A stretch of DNA of 64,000 nucleotides from Bacillota bacterium (GTDB lineage: Bacteria > Bacillota > Clostridia > Christensenellales > UBA1431): assembly GCA_049324235.1 (NCBI GenBank), contig JBMOLJ010000062.1, positions 3,663-67,662 of the forward strand, in the 5' to 3' direction. Shown piece after piece: positions 10,170 through 19,645 of the stretch (positions within the stretch are counted from its first letter, which is position 1; each line of letters opens with the position of its first letter). The translations under genes and the position numbers were made by a program. The notes under the pieces were generated by a model. The model was not told the origin of the DNA, ran no database searches, and worked only from the letters and a program-made list of their open reading frames with translations.

Positions 10170-10668
10170 ATAGCTCTAAATGTACTCTTTCGTCCAATAT
10201 TATCCTGCCAAGGACGCTCTGGATATAGGGATCGTCAATCCTACTGATGTGTATCTGGTAGTTTTGTATGGCTTTTTGCTCCGCATCCAGGTCCGCCTTT
10301 AACCGGCTGCAAAAATCGTTGCCGTAATAGACCATCCTGGGGTTCCACAGATACGTGGAACCCCTGAAAACCGGGTTCCCGCCCAATAAAAGGATAAGGC
10401 CCGCAATCATCTCCATGTGCCGCATTTCCGTGATCGCCACGTTTTCCAGAAGTTTTCCCACTTCTTTATTGCTTTCCTCCGTAACAAAATGATGATACAG
10501 ATATTGGTTTATTGCCGTAAATTCGCTGACTGCCCCCGCATAATCGTCCATCAGCAGTTGTGCATATGACATGTTCGGCGCAGCTACCCGTATTTCCGGG
10601 TATGGCGCAGGATCGGCATACCCTTCCCTTCTATGCACGTCATGGTCTCCATACTCCACAGAAAACAC
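10126..10668 (-). CDS. Ferritin-like / Mn-catalase family protein (CotJC-like spore coat protein)
   Basis: SEFTAINQYLYHHF...ENVAITEMRHMEMIAGLI...LDERVHLELF are di-metal E/ExxH-type motifs, as in CotJC-type proteins. Confidence 0.6.
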   Translation of the reverse strand: MFSVEYGDHDVHRREGYADPAPYPEIRVAAPNMSYAQLLMDDYAGAVSEFTAINQYLYHHFVTEESNKEVGKLLENVAITEMRHMEMIAGLILLLGGNPVFRGSTYLWNPRMVYYGNDFCSRLKADLDAEQKAIQNYQIHISRIDDPYIQSVLGRIILDERVHLELFKQAIEKYCQGQNR

Positions 10669-10778
10669 CTCCTTATTGCGTCTAAGACATTGTACGTTGA
10701 TTGCCGCGATTTATTCCCGCCGGCCCGTCCGAACCATTCATAGACGGCTGCATATCATAGGGCAAGGGGGTGTGGCAG

Positions 10779-11408
10779 ATGGCGCGTTCACCTGCGGGAA
10801 ACCGGTATACATACGATCCGCAAAACGGATCGCGCTATGCGCAGGCGTATGCGCTCTATTTCAATATACCCAAAGAAAAGCGCATTTTTTTCTATGACGC
10901 CGACGGCAACGACTGCTCGAATTTTATTAGCCAGTGTATCTGGGCGGCCTACGGCGGGTGGATACCGTCAACCGACGACGCGGCCGTGGCGCAGAACAAA
11001 CAGCGCATGAAAGAATACGTCAGGGAAGTTGCGGGCGTATGGTACGGGTCGGATACCTTTTCCGGCCCCCCCAACTGGTGCCGGGTCGAGGGCATTTTTT
11101 CCTATGTCACCTCCAAAAAAGCCGTGGGGCCCAGCGGCGAGAAGGTCGCCGAGGGAACCTGGGAAAACATAGACCCCGGCATCATCCAAAAAGGCGACAT
11201 CGTCCAGCTGGTGGTCAGCGGCTATGCGAGTTACCGCTACGGCCACAGCCTGTATGTAACAAAACAGGGAGCGACGTTTGACGATATACTGATCTGCTGC
11301 CACAGCTACGACAGGCTCAACGCGCCGCTGTCCTCGTTCTCCCTTTATCCCGAAGCATATAAAAAGCTAAGGGTTTTGCGTCTCAAAGACGCCGTTTTTG
11401 CAAAGTAG
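10779..11408 (+). CDS. Putative amidase-domain protein (Amidase_6 / NlpC-P60-like Cys-His), no signal peptide
   Basis: NDCSNFISQCIWAAYGGW ... GDIVQL ... YGHSLYV matches the Amidase_6 pattern. ATG at 10779 is preceded by AAGGGGG. Confidence 0.6.
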   Translation: MARSPAGNRYTYDPQNGSRYAQAYALYFNIPKEKRIFFYDADGNDCSNFISQCIWAAYGGWIPSTDDAAVAQNKQRMKEYVREVAGVWYGSDTFSGPPNWCRVEGIFSYVTSKKAVGPSGEKVAEGTWENIDPGIIQKGDIVQLVVSGYASYRYGHSLYVTKQGATFDDILICCHSYDRLNAPLSSFSLYPEAYKKLRVLRLKDAVFAK

Positions 11409-11424
11409 GAACGCGGAATACAGC

Positions 11425-11457
11425 AAAGCCTGCTGATGCAAGCAATCAGCAGGCTTT
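11425..11457. terminator. Bidirectional terminator hairpin
   Basis: AAAGCCTGCTGAT-gcaagca-ATCAGCAGGCTTT (13-bp stem) between convergent genes. Confidence 0.7.
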
Positions 11458-11473
11458 TTATACGGTGCCCGTA

Positions 11474-12973
11474 CTATTGAGACGGGACAAGTACGATAGC
11501 CCTTATCTTCATCCCGGACCACGAGCCGAGCCAGACCGTATCCCCGTCCCACCGGTCATGGATGAGAAAACCGTCCCGCTTGACCCCGTCGATCTTTGCA
11601 AGGAAATAATGCCTTTCTCCCTTATAATAGGGCGAATAGTTGCGGCTTACCCAGATATCCTCGTTGTGCTTGACGCCCAGACCCGTTAAAAAGGCGTCTG
11701 CCTGTCCTGCGTATTCCCGCTTGAGATTACTCCAGTCGGCCAGGCTTGCCTTATATCCGAATTCCTTTTTTACGCCGGCTTCAACATCCTCCGCTCCATA
11801 TTTCCCGCTTGTCAGCTTGTATGTATAGGTAACATCCCCGGTATTGTGCCCGGATGTATTGTTGCTCGGCGTCGCAGTAGTATTGCCGGTACTGTTCCTG
11901 GGAGTCTGCGCCGCGGCAGGTGTTGCCGTCGCTGCCGCGGTGCTCTCGGAATCCTTTTTTTCAACCGTAAACCCGAAGATCATACTTGGCGAATCAAAGT
12001 TTACGGAAGCTAATGCCAATCCCGCCTGCGCATGTATGGCGCTCCCGTCGGCATTGATTGCACCCCATCCTTTGCCAGGCAGCGCCTTGTACCATTGATA
12101 CACTTCATAGCTGCTGACATCGTTGATTTCGACCTTGTATCCGATGACCGCCTGCTCAATGGATTTGACCGGCGATCCCATGAGCGGCAGTACGGCCGCA
12201 TACTCAGATGGCAGTTCGCCGGGCCACGGCGGCAGCGGAACCATTTGGACCGTATGTTTTAACAGCGTAATTTCAACCGGCTTTACTCCGTCCGGGTCCA
12301 CAAACACGTTTACTTCGTATAGCCCTTTTTGCAGTACATACAGCCCGCTTGCCTGTCCCTTATTGTTAAACCCCGCGTTTACCAGCTCCTGCATGTATTT
12401 CTGTACATCCTCCCCTGTTGCATTCTTGAACGTGCACTTGAAGGCCCTGTCGTAGTCTGCAAGCTGCAACTCTGTCGCTGATACCGGTTCGGAATATTTA
12501 TAAAACGGGATCATGCAGTCCAGTTCGGCGCTCACCGGCGCGGGCCATTCCCCCCTTGCCTTATCCAGCGTTACTTTGACATGCAACGCCTTATCCAGCG
12601 TACTATAGGACATTTCGATGTGGGTTGCGCCCTTGTTTGCCTCGTTGCCAAAAAGATACCATCCTTTTTCTTCCAGGGAACCAAGCCATTGTACATAATC
12701 ATAAAGCTTTAATTGGTTGATTGCTGCGGCGCCGGTTGTCATATTGCCCGTTTCTTCTAAAGAAGTGTCCCCCAGCACTCCGGCGGGCAACGTGATGCTT
12801 TGACACAATTCTGAAAGCTCGCTTCCCCATCCTTGCACAATGGCCGACGCAGACGGCGGCGGCTGCCCCGTTGATGCCGTCCCGTTATTATTGGGCCCGC
12901 ATCCCGCGAGCAAAACCACGGACATTATGATATGCGCAACCGCGCAGTATGCTTTTTTCAACACCTTTGCCAC
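11474..12973 (-). CDS. Secreted lipoprotein of unknown function with three internal repeats
   Basis: Lipobox VVLLAGC after a KK n-region. Three similar modules (YVQWLGSLEEKGW, VQKYMQELVNAGF, VYQWYKALPGKGW), a Thr/Ala/Asn-rich linker and a distinct C-terminal domain. The GTG start is uncertain by a few codons. Confidence 0.6.
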   Translation of the reverse strand: MAKVLKKAYCAVAHIIMSVVLLAGCGPNNNGTASTGQPPPSASAIVQGWGSELSELCQSITLPAGVLGDTSLEETGNMTTGAAAINQLKLYDYVQWLGSLEEKGWYLFGNEANKGATHIEMSYSTLDKALHVKVTLDKARGEWPAPVSAELDCMIPFYKYSEPVSATELQLADYDRAFKCTFKNATGEDVQKYMQELVNAGFNNKGQASGLYVLQKGLYEVNVFVDPDGVKPVEITLLKHTVQMVPLPPWPGELPSEYAAVLPLMGSPVKSIEQAVIGYKVEINDVSSYEVYQWYKALPGKGWGAINADGSAIHAQAGLALASVNFDSPSMIFGFTVEKKDSESTAAATATPAAAQTPRNSTGNTTATPSNNTSGHNTGDVTYTYKLTSGKYGAEDVEAGVKKEFGYKASLADWSNLKREYAGQADAFLTGLGVKHNEDIWVSRNYSPYYKGERHYFLAKIDGVKRDGFLIHDRWDGDTVWLGSWSGMKIRAIVLVPSQ

Positions 12974-13086
12974 CCCCCTTATGAATCTATTTGTAATATT
13001 TTGTATTTAAAAGAAAAATACCTTTTTTAGTTGCTTTAATCTATGGAAAAATTTCTCAGAATCAAAAAACTGTGACCGCATACGAA

Positions 13087-13110
13087 AACCCTCCGGCAAA
13101 ACGGAAGGTT
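13087..13110 (-). terminator. Candidate terminator after the membrane-anchored amidase gene
   Basis: AACCCTCCG-loop-CGGAAGGTT with one mismatch. On the minus strand it is followed by TTTTCG. Confidence 0.4.
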
Positions 13111-13162
13111 TTACGATTCATTCATGCGATTGTTCGGAAAACATCTGGGGACGCGGTGTTCC

Positions 13163-14341
13163 TTAATAATTCACCCGTATCAGATAAAACTTGATTTTGC
13201 TGTCGCTCCACCCCAGGTCCCACGGAACCCTGTACCTGTCGGTATTGTGGCAGTTCACCAGCGCGTAACCCCTTGAATCCGCCCCTGTAACAACGGAAAC
13301 GTGCTTTACCTTTCCATTTTTCTGGTATGCAACAATGTCGCCCGGGAGAAGCTTATAGGATGCTTTGAGCACCTCGCTGTAAGAGCCGGACGCAATCAGC
13401 GAGCCCCTTCCGCTGTAGATTAGATAATCCTTGAATCCCTGGGCGTTCAGCCAGGCTCTGCTCCCGTCTTTTGCGTAGTTCCACGACCCCGTTTTCTTGA
13501 ATCTTCCGCCCTCATGGAGCACTTGGGAAGCGTAGTTGGCGCAGTCTCCGCCCATCGAGTTATAGTTTTTGTACTTTTTGTTATAGCTGTAGCTGTTTTC
13601 TCCCGAATCGGCGGCGCCGCAGTAGGCGTCCGCATATTCGACGGCCTTTAGCCTGCGTTCATTCAAATCCAGGGATTCCGCGGCTTTCTGCGAAAGTATA
13701 TATTCCCTGTTCTCTTGGGCGTCAATGTTTTCAAGATCCAGCGAATCGGCAAAGGGGTCGGTGTACCATTCCCTTGTTATCAGCCACGCTCTGTCACGCC
13801 GCTGAAAAACGATTTCATGATAGGTGCCTATCCGCAGCATATTCCCCTCCTGCGGCCTGTCTTTATAGGCATACCTGTACTCGGTGGACGCAAGGAAATT
13901 TGCCGTTATCCTGTCACCTTTATGGTTGATCCATTTTTTCTGTATTTTTGCCGTAATATAGGTAAATGCGACTCCTTGCTTCTGCGCCCAGTTTTGAAGA
14001 TACTTTGTCTTCTTCACCTCATGGTCATAGGCGTACAGGCCGTTTTGCACTTTTGTGTCATAGAATTTTTTGATGGTTTCAAGGTCGCCCTTTAAAAGGG
14101 AACTGTTTCGTACGGCAATAACGTCTTCAATGAGCGCCATGACCGCCTGGTCGCTCATGCCGGGGGGTGCGGTTGCAGCGGGGGTGTCAGTCGTATCGGG
14201 TACGCCAGTAATGTTTGGTGTGGCCGATGCAGGCTTGGCGTCCGGTGACGGCGAAAAAAAGAGAAGCGAAAGGAGTATTGCCGCGGACAACAGCAGTACC
14301 ATGATCAAAATGGTTTTTCTCAGTTTGACCACAAGGAACAT
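13163..14341 (-). CDS. Membrane-anchored putative amidase-domain protein (Amidase_6)
   Basis: N-terminal TM helix (ILIMVLLLSAAILLSLLFF). The C-terminus carries AVEYADAYC...GGDCANYASQVLHEGG...GDIVAY...HVSVVTG. Confidence 0.65.
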   Translation of the reverse strand: MFLVVKLRKTILIMVLLLSAAILLSLLFFSPSPDAKPASATPNITGVPDTTDTPAATAPPGMSDQAVMALIEDVIAVRNSSLLKGDLETIKKFYDTKVQNGLYAYDHEVKKTKYLQNWAQKQGVAFTYITAKIQKKWINHKGDRITANFLASTEYRYAYKDRPQEGNMLRIGTYHEIVFQRRDRAWLITREWYTDPFADSLDLENIDAQENREYILSQKAAESLDLNERRLKAVEYADAYCGAADSGENSYSYNKKYKNYNSMGGDCANYASQVLHEGGRFKKTGSWNYAKDGSRAWLNAQGFKDYLIYSGRGSLIASGSYSEVLKASYKLLPGDIVAYQKNGKVKHVSVVTGADSRGYALVNCHNTDRYRVPWDLGWSDSKIKFYLIRVNY

Positions 14342-14632
14342 TCAAACCAAACCTCAAGAGATTTTATTGATAGTCTATTATCGGAGAATGGGTTTTAGTC
14401 CTTATGCGAACGTATAAAAAATGAGGATATCATCCGTTCCAGCCTATGAAGTATTGCAAAAAAAGCCCTCGTTTAAGGGATTTTAAGATATTCCTTAATT
14501 GGTTAAGATGTCTTTGCGTATGCCCCAGCGGAAAACGGACCGTATGCCCCGGCGTTCTTACGATCACCTGACGTAATCCCGGTTCGCCGCGAATAAGATA
14601 TAGCAGTAATAATATCAAAAGGGGGTGCCCGC

Positions 14633-15592
14633 ATGGAATTCGGATTGGCCCTTTCGGGGGGAGGCGCGCGGGGAGCGGCGCATGTGGGTATTTTAAAGGC
14701 CCTGCTTGAAGAAGGGCTCATGCCGTCTTATGTGGCAGGGACCAGCGCAGGCGCGATTGTAGGCGCGCTCTTTGCCTCAGGCTATACGCCTGAAGAGATC
14801 GAAGGCTTTTTTATAAGCCATGGGCATAAGGTGCTCGACTATAATTTCCGCGGCCTTGCGGTTTTTGCCTTTAGCCTCATCACCCAAGGCCATGCAAAGG
14901 TAGACGGGCTGATAAGGGGCGCCAGGCTCGGTCGCCTGATCAGGGATTTCTGCGCAGACAAGGGCGTTTTTGACATAAAGGACGTGCGCATACCCCTCGC
15001 AATCACCGCAGTCGACATCAACAATGGAAAACTCGTCCTTTTCGTATCCCGTATGCCGCAGTCAGGCCGTGACAAAAAGGCGCTCTACATCGACGATGCC
15101 GCGCTCTGGCAGGCCGTACGCGCCAGCACCGCCGTACCCGTGGTATTCAGGCCGGAAATGGTGGACGGCATGCGGCTGGTCGACGGCGGAGTGCGGAACA
15201 ATGTGCCGGCGGACGTCCTCAGGAGCATGGGGGCGAAAAAGGTGCTCGCCGTAAACCTCGGGTATGCCGGCCAGCAAAAAAACGATGTGGACAATATCCT
15301 TGAAATAGGCGTACAGAGCATCGACATCATGTCCTACCAGATTTCGGAAACGCTCGTCCAGAATGCGGATTACCTCCTTCTGCCCGGGATTTTTGATGTC
15401 AGCTTACTCGAAGTTGAAAAGATCCCCCGCACCATCGAACGGGGATACCGTGCCTGCAGGCAGCACATGCAGGAGATAAAAAAAGCGCTGAACCACGCAT
15501 CAGGCACGGCTGATTTTGGGGCCGCGCCTGCGAACGTCGTTCCTTTCGGCAGCCTGAAAAGGCAGGATTTCCTGAAAACGAACAGGAAATAG
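14633..15592 (+). CDS. Patatin-like phospholipase
   Basis: GGGARGAAHVG oxyanion motif, GTSAGA nucleophile elbow and DGG catalytic Asp motif. Confidence 0.87.
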   Translation: MEFGLALSGGGARGAAHVGILKALLEEGLMPSYVAGTSAGAIVGALFASGYTPEEIEGFFISHGHKVLDYNFRGLAVFAFSLITQGHAKVDGLIRGARLGRLIRDFCADKGVFDIKDVRIPLAITAVDINNGKLVLFVSRMPQSGRDKKALYIDDAALWQAVRASTAVPVVFRPEMVDGMRLVDGGVRNNVPADVLRSMGAKKVLAVNLGYAGQQKNDVDNILEIGVQSIDIMSYQISETLVQNADYLLLPGIFDVSLLEVEKIPRTIERGYRACRQHMQEIKKALNHASGTADFGAAPANVVPFGSLKRQDFLKTNRK

Positions 15593-15679
15593 CGGTCCGT
15601 GCAGGTTCATTATTTCTGCGCATGTTGCAGATAGCCGGACGCATATATTTCAGGAAATGCTGCCTAAGGTCGTGATGCC

Positions 15680-16750
15680 ATGAAACCTGAATCATCCATC
15701 AGCGCGCGAAAAATAGCGGCCGTATATATCGGAACCGTTGTGGGCGCCGGATTTGCTTCCGGACAGGAGGTGCTCCAGTTTTTCAATGCGTTCGGAAGGG
15801 AAGGCATCCTGGGCTGCGCCGTTGCCACCGCATTGTTTTTCTTTTTCGGCTATTCCATTCTTCTTCTCGGAAGAAGCCTGAACGCGCGGTCCCACGTGGA
15901 TATCGTCACGTTCACAAACGGCAGGCTGATAGGAACTTTTATTGATCTGGTGATTACCGTTTTTTTATTCGGCGGATTCGCAGTAATGATAGCGGGTGCG
16001 GGCGCCATTTCCGAAGAACAGTTTCATATTTCTTCCCTCTGGGGTACGGTTACGATGGCGCTGGCCGCGTTTTTAACAGTCTATACCGGTACGAAGGGGG
16101 TTCTAAACGCCAACAGCATAGCCGTTCCGTTTCTGCTTGTATCCGTTCTGTTCGTTTTTCTATACAGCCTTGCTACGAATCCCATCTCAGACAATGACAT
16201 ACATACATCAGCACAGTTAACAGGCGCGGCGCCCAACTGGATAACGGCCGCCATAAATTACGCGTCCTATAACCTCGTCATCGCAATAGCGGTCCTCGCG
16301 CCTTTGGGGGCAAAAACCGGGGATAAAAGCATGCTTTTGCGGGGCGCATTGATGGGAAGCGTCGGGCTTGGAGGAGGCATCCTCGGAATATATTTTTGCA
16401 TATTTACAAACATCACGTCCGTTTCGGGCGTGGAGATCCCGATGATTGAAATCGTAAAAGGCATATTTCCCGTGTTCCGGCTGCTCTTTGCCTTTGTGCT
16501 GCTTGCCGCGGTGTATACGACAGCCGTAGGCAACCTGTACGGATTCATTCGCAGAATAGGAGTGAAGACGGACAGTGGACTATCCAGGGCCTTAATAATG
16601 GCCGGTGTGACGGCAGCAGCTTTGGCCGTTGGGCAGTTCGGGTTTTCCAAAATGGTAAAGTACCTGTATCCCGCCATCGGTTACGGCGGGATACTCATGT
16701 TTATCGGAATCCTCTATGCGCGGGCGGCAAAACGGAGCTATTTCAAATAG
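15680..16750 (+). CDS. YkvI-like polytopic membrane protein (putative transporter)
   Basis: About 11 predicted TM segments. The N-terminus IGTVVGAGFASGQEVLQFF is typical of the YkvI family. Confidence 0.6.
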   Translation: MKPESSISARKIAAVYIGTVVGAGFASGQEVLQFFNAFGREGILGCAVATALFFFFGYSILLLGRSLNARSHVDIVTFTNGRLIGTFIDLVITVFLFGGFAVMIAGAGAISEEQFHISSLWGTVTMALAAFLTVYTGTKGVLNANSIAVPFLLVSVLFVFLYSLATNPISDNDIHTSAQLTGAAPNWITAAINYASYNLVIAIAVLAPLGAKTGDKSMLLRGALMGSVGLGGGILGIYFCIFTNITSVSGVEIPMIEIVKGIFPVFRLLFAFVLLAAVYTTAVGNLYGFIRRIGVKTDSGLSRALIMAGVTAAALAVGQFGFSKMVKYLYPAIGYGGILMFIGILYARAAKRSYFK

Positions 16751-16754
16751 CGTG

Positions 16755-17741
16755 TCACGCAAAAGGCACTATTGCCTGCCCCGTTCTTTTGAATATCCTG
16801 TATATGCACAGGGTCAGCCACCCTGACGGCTCTTTCTTCTGTCCGAAATCCCAGCCTTTCATGACCTTATAGACTGACTCGGGGGTGAAGCATCCGTTTT
16901 CGTCCGCCTTTTCCCGGATGCAGTCCAGCATCCCGGCAAACCGCTTATCTTCGTGGACCCACGGGCATTTTGACAGCGCGTCGGCAACGCTGACGATGTC
17001 GTACCAGCAAAGGGGCGCTTTCAACTTGCGGAAATCGTTCCCCATATAGAATATATACGGGTGCTTGGTCAGGCTGTTCTCCCAAAGATCAAGGAGCGCC
17101 GCAGCTCCGGTTTGCGCCTGCGAACCGCCGCGCCACTTTCCGCTCTGCTGGAGCAGGTTGAGCATCTGCAGCGTCGCATACGGGCACGGGTCGTCCTTCC
17201 TGCCGGGGCCGCGGAATTTCCCCAGCTCGGGAGAAACGGCGCACGGCCAGCCGTTTTCCCTGACGAGCATGGCCAGACAGGCTATAGCGTTTTGGAGGAG
17301 GCTTTCATCGACGCCCAGCTTCAAAAGGGCGCCCAAAACGACCGGCGCGTCGCACAAGGCCCAGGCCCATTGATTTTCTCCCGTACCTCCAAAATGTTTG
17401 GGAATGTTCATCAGAACCCGGGGGACGCCGTCTGGGTCCGTATAGCTGAGGATTGCTGACACTATTCGGGCAATCTGCGGCACCTTTACCGTGCAGCCGA
17501 TGTCGGCCAGAAAAGAAAGCTTGTGCATGAGCAGCCCGGCGTTCTTATGGCTGGAGACGACGCTTATCTCCCATCCGTCCAATTCGCTCAAGAGTCCGGC
17601 AATCAGGGGATGATGCATGCAGGCTTCAAATAATTCCGGCATCCCCTGACCGTCCACGTTTTCCCCAAGAAGCTGCGCCCTTGCGGCAAATGCAACCCAG
17701 GGTTCTTTGTTCACCAGCCATTCTATCGGCGCGTTCATCAT
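16755..17741 (-). CDS. Hypothetical protein, possibly alpha/alpha-toroid (prenyltransferase/terpene-cyclase-like) fold
   Basis: Clean 328-aa ORF with an RBS (AGGAGGAAG). The sequence is helix-rich with ENGWPC / DENGCF repeats. No family is firmly recognised. Confidence 0.45.
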   Translation of the reverse strand: MMNAPIEWLVNKEPWVAFAARAQLLGENVDGQGMPELFEACMHHPLIAGLLSELDGWEISVVSSHKNAGLLMHKLSFLADIGCTVKVPQIARIVSAILSYTDPDGVPRVLMNIPKHFGGTGENQWAWALCDAPVVLGALLKLGVDESLLQNAIACLAMLVRENGWPCAVSPELGKFRGPGRKDDPCPYATLQMLNLLQQSGKWRGGSQAQTGAAALLDLWENSLTKHPYIFYMGNDFRKLKAPLCWYDIVSVADALSKCPWVHEDKRFAGMLDCIREKADENGCFTPESVYKVMKGWDFGQKKEPSGWLTLCIYRIFKRTGQAIVPFA

Positions 17742-18001
17742 CTTCCTCCTTATAAGGCTCGTTTAATCATGCAGAAAAAGCAGCGAAAGGACGGCTGCAA
17801 ACAAAGCAATAGAAAGATCGGACACCGTACATCATTTCCTTCATGTTTTAGGGATAATATACCATAATTTGCGAGACAAAGGGTAAGCTTTTTTACCGTT
17901 TTACCATGTGAACGAAAGATGCTCCCGTATCTCCGCCAAAGCATGAATTGCCTGGTTTCTGAACAACCTATACATGCAGACACGACAAGGAGGCGGTTTT
18001 C

Positions 18002-18298
18002 TTGAAAAGATGGTGGGCAAGGAAGCATAAAACAAATGCCGAAGCATCACGCAGGAGCCTGAGCGAATACAGGCTGTCCGCCAAAATAGAAGAAAACATC
18101 GCCATGTTCAAAAATTTTTTAACGCAGTTTGGCGCGGATATTTTCGGCTTGGGGAAAACGCGCGCCAGAGCATGCCCGATTTATGACGGCAGATCGGGCA
18201 GGACAAAGTTTTCATGACATTGCCCGTTGATGTGGAATGTGAAGTTCCCATCATCGAGAACGGGCTTATTAAAGAGCAACTGCCTGCAGGAGACTGAA
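18002..18298 (+). pseudogene. Decayed fragment of a gerA-family germination receptor A-subunit gene
   Basis: The TTG start has RBS AAGGAGG. The sequence ...RLSAKIEENIAMFKNFLTQFGADIF resembles GerXA N-termini. Similarity continues only after a frameshift (IYDG / ADRAGQSFHDIAR) and then stops; more than 1 kb of the gene is missing. Confidence 0.35.
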
Positions 18299-18517
18299 AT
18301 GCTGGTAATCATCGTTATGACAATTGTATATCTGGTATTCGTTCTAGCAGAACTAAAACCCAAGTATAACAATGACAAAAAAGTATTCTGGGTATACACC
18401 GTGATCCTGGGTTTTTCATACGCAGTATGGATGCTCTATGGCTTAGGGGTGAACATCCCCAGCCCGGTCCATCCCATCACCGGATTAATCGATACGATTT
18501 TCAGAGTGAAAGGGTAA
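18299..18517 (+). CDS. Small two-TM membrane protein (72 aa), unknown function
   Basis: ATG is preceded by AGGAG at 6 nt. Product: MLVIIVMTIVYLVFVLAELKPKYNNDKKVFWVYTVILGFSYAVWMLYGLG... Confidence 0.45.
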   Translation: MLVIIVMTIVYLVFVLAELKPKYNNDKKVFWVYTVILGFSYAVWMLYGLGVNIPSPVHPITGLIDTIFRVKG

Positions 18518-18664
18518 AAATCAACCAGTACTACGCCATTCCCTTCCAGATTGTATTGCCTTTGATAATCTGGATTATAGCCGAGATTAAATCAAGGAAG
18601 GGAAAAAAGCGAAAGCCGAAACCCCGCCCTGAATTGCAAACTAAAGATGTATGAACCCGTTTTG

Positions 18665-19645
18665 CTAATAAATATTCGCTGTGTTATAGAAGCTCATGCC
18701 GTCCTTCCCGGACTGCTTGATTCCATACATCGCCTTGTCGGCCGCATGGATAAGCGCCTTTACCGAATCGGCATCGTCAGGATATACGGCAACACCTATG
18801 CTCGCCGAGATATTGATCCTGTTATTGTCTATAAAAAACGTTTTTCTGATGATATTATTGATTTTGTTTGCCACGATCACAGCATCTTTTTCGCTGCGCA
18901 TTCCCATCAGCGCCACCACGAATTCATCCCCGCCGATACGCGCAACGATGTCGGTGGGCCTGCGGCCGTCATGCCGCGTATTGCTCCTGAGCCTTCCGGC
19001 CACCTGCTGGAGCAGCACGTCGCCGACCAAATGCCCGAAGGTATCATTTACATACTTGAACCCGTCCAGATCCAAAAACAACAGCACGAAACCTTTGCCC
19101 GAACCTTTTAATTCTTCTATGGCGGTTTCAAGTTCGCTTTCAAAAGCGCGCCTGTTCAATATGCCCGTCAGCGCATCGTATCTGGCCATGCGCATTGCGG
19201 CTTCTTCGGATTCCTTGATCTTCTGGTATCCCTGTTTTAATTCATTAATGTGTTCTTTGAGCCTGTGTTCGTTCCTTACCTGTTCGGTGACATCGCTGAT
19301 CTGGAGAAAAGCAAAACCGACCTCGTCACCCACCAGGATTGGTTCTGCCTTCATGTTCTGGCGTATTTCATGCGTTTTATTTTCAGGGAAGACAAAAGCC
19401 TTATGCAGCATACTCGAACAGAAACGGCTCTGCCCTGCGGAAATGACGTTGTCCAATATCCCCTGGTATCGAGGTTCACCAAACTTCGGGCACACATCGG
19501 ACAATCTCCTATACATCGCGTCCTGCCTGGATACCTGGCTGAGCTTCTCCATTTCATTATTCCAAAAAACAATTCTTTGCGAAGCATCGGTAATAATGAT
19601 GCCTATACCGGTTTTCTCCAGAGCCTGCCGTATCCATTCAAACAT
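18665..19645 (-). CDS. PAS-domain diguanylate cyclase (GGDEF)
   Basis: N-terminal PAS domain, then YDALTGILNRRAF...LDLDGFKYVNDTFGH...RIGGDEFVV. An intact GGDEF and an I-site RPTD lie 5 residues upstream. Confidence 0.9.
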   Translation of the reverse strand: MFEWIRQALEKTGIGIIITDASQRIVFWNNEMEKLSQVSRQDAMYRRLSDVCPKFGEPRYQGILDNVISAGQSRFCSSMLHKAFVFPENKTHEIRQNMKAEPILVGDEVGFAFLQISDVTEQVRNEHRLKEHINELKQGYQKIKESEEAAMRMARYDALTGILNRRAFESELETAIEELKGSGKGFVLLFLDLDGFKYVNDTFGHLVGDVLLQQVAGRLRSNTRHDGRRPTDIVARIGGDEFVVALMGMRSEKDAVIVANKINNIIRKTFFIDNNRINISASIGVAVYPDDADSVKALIHAADKAMYGIKQSGKDGMSFYNTANIY

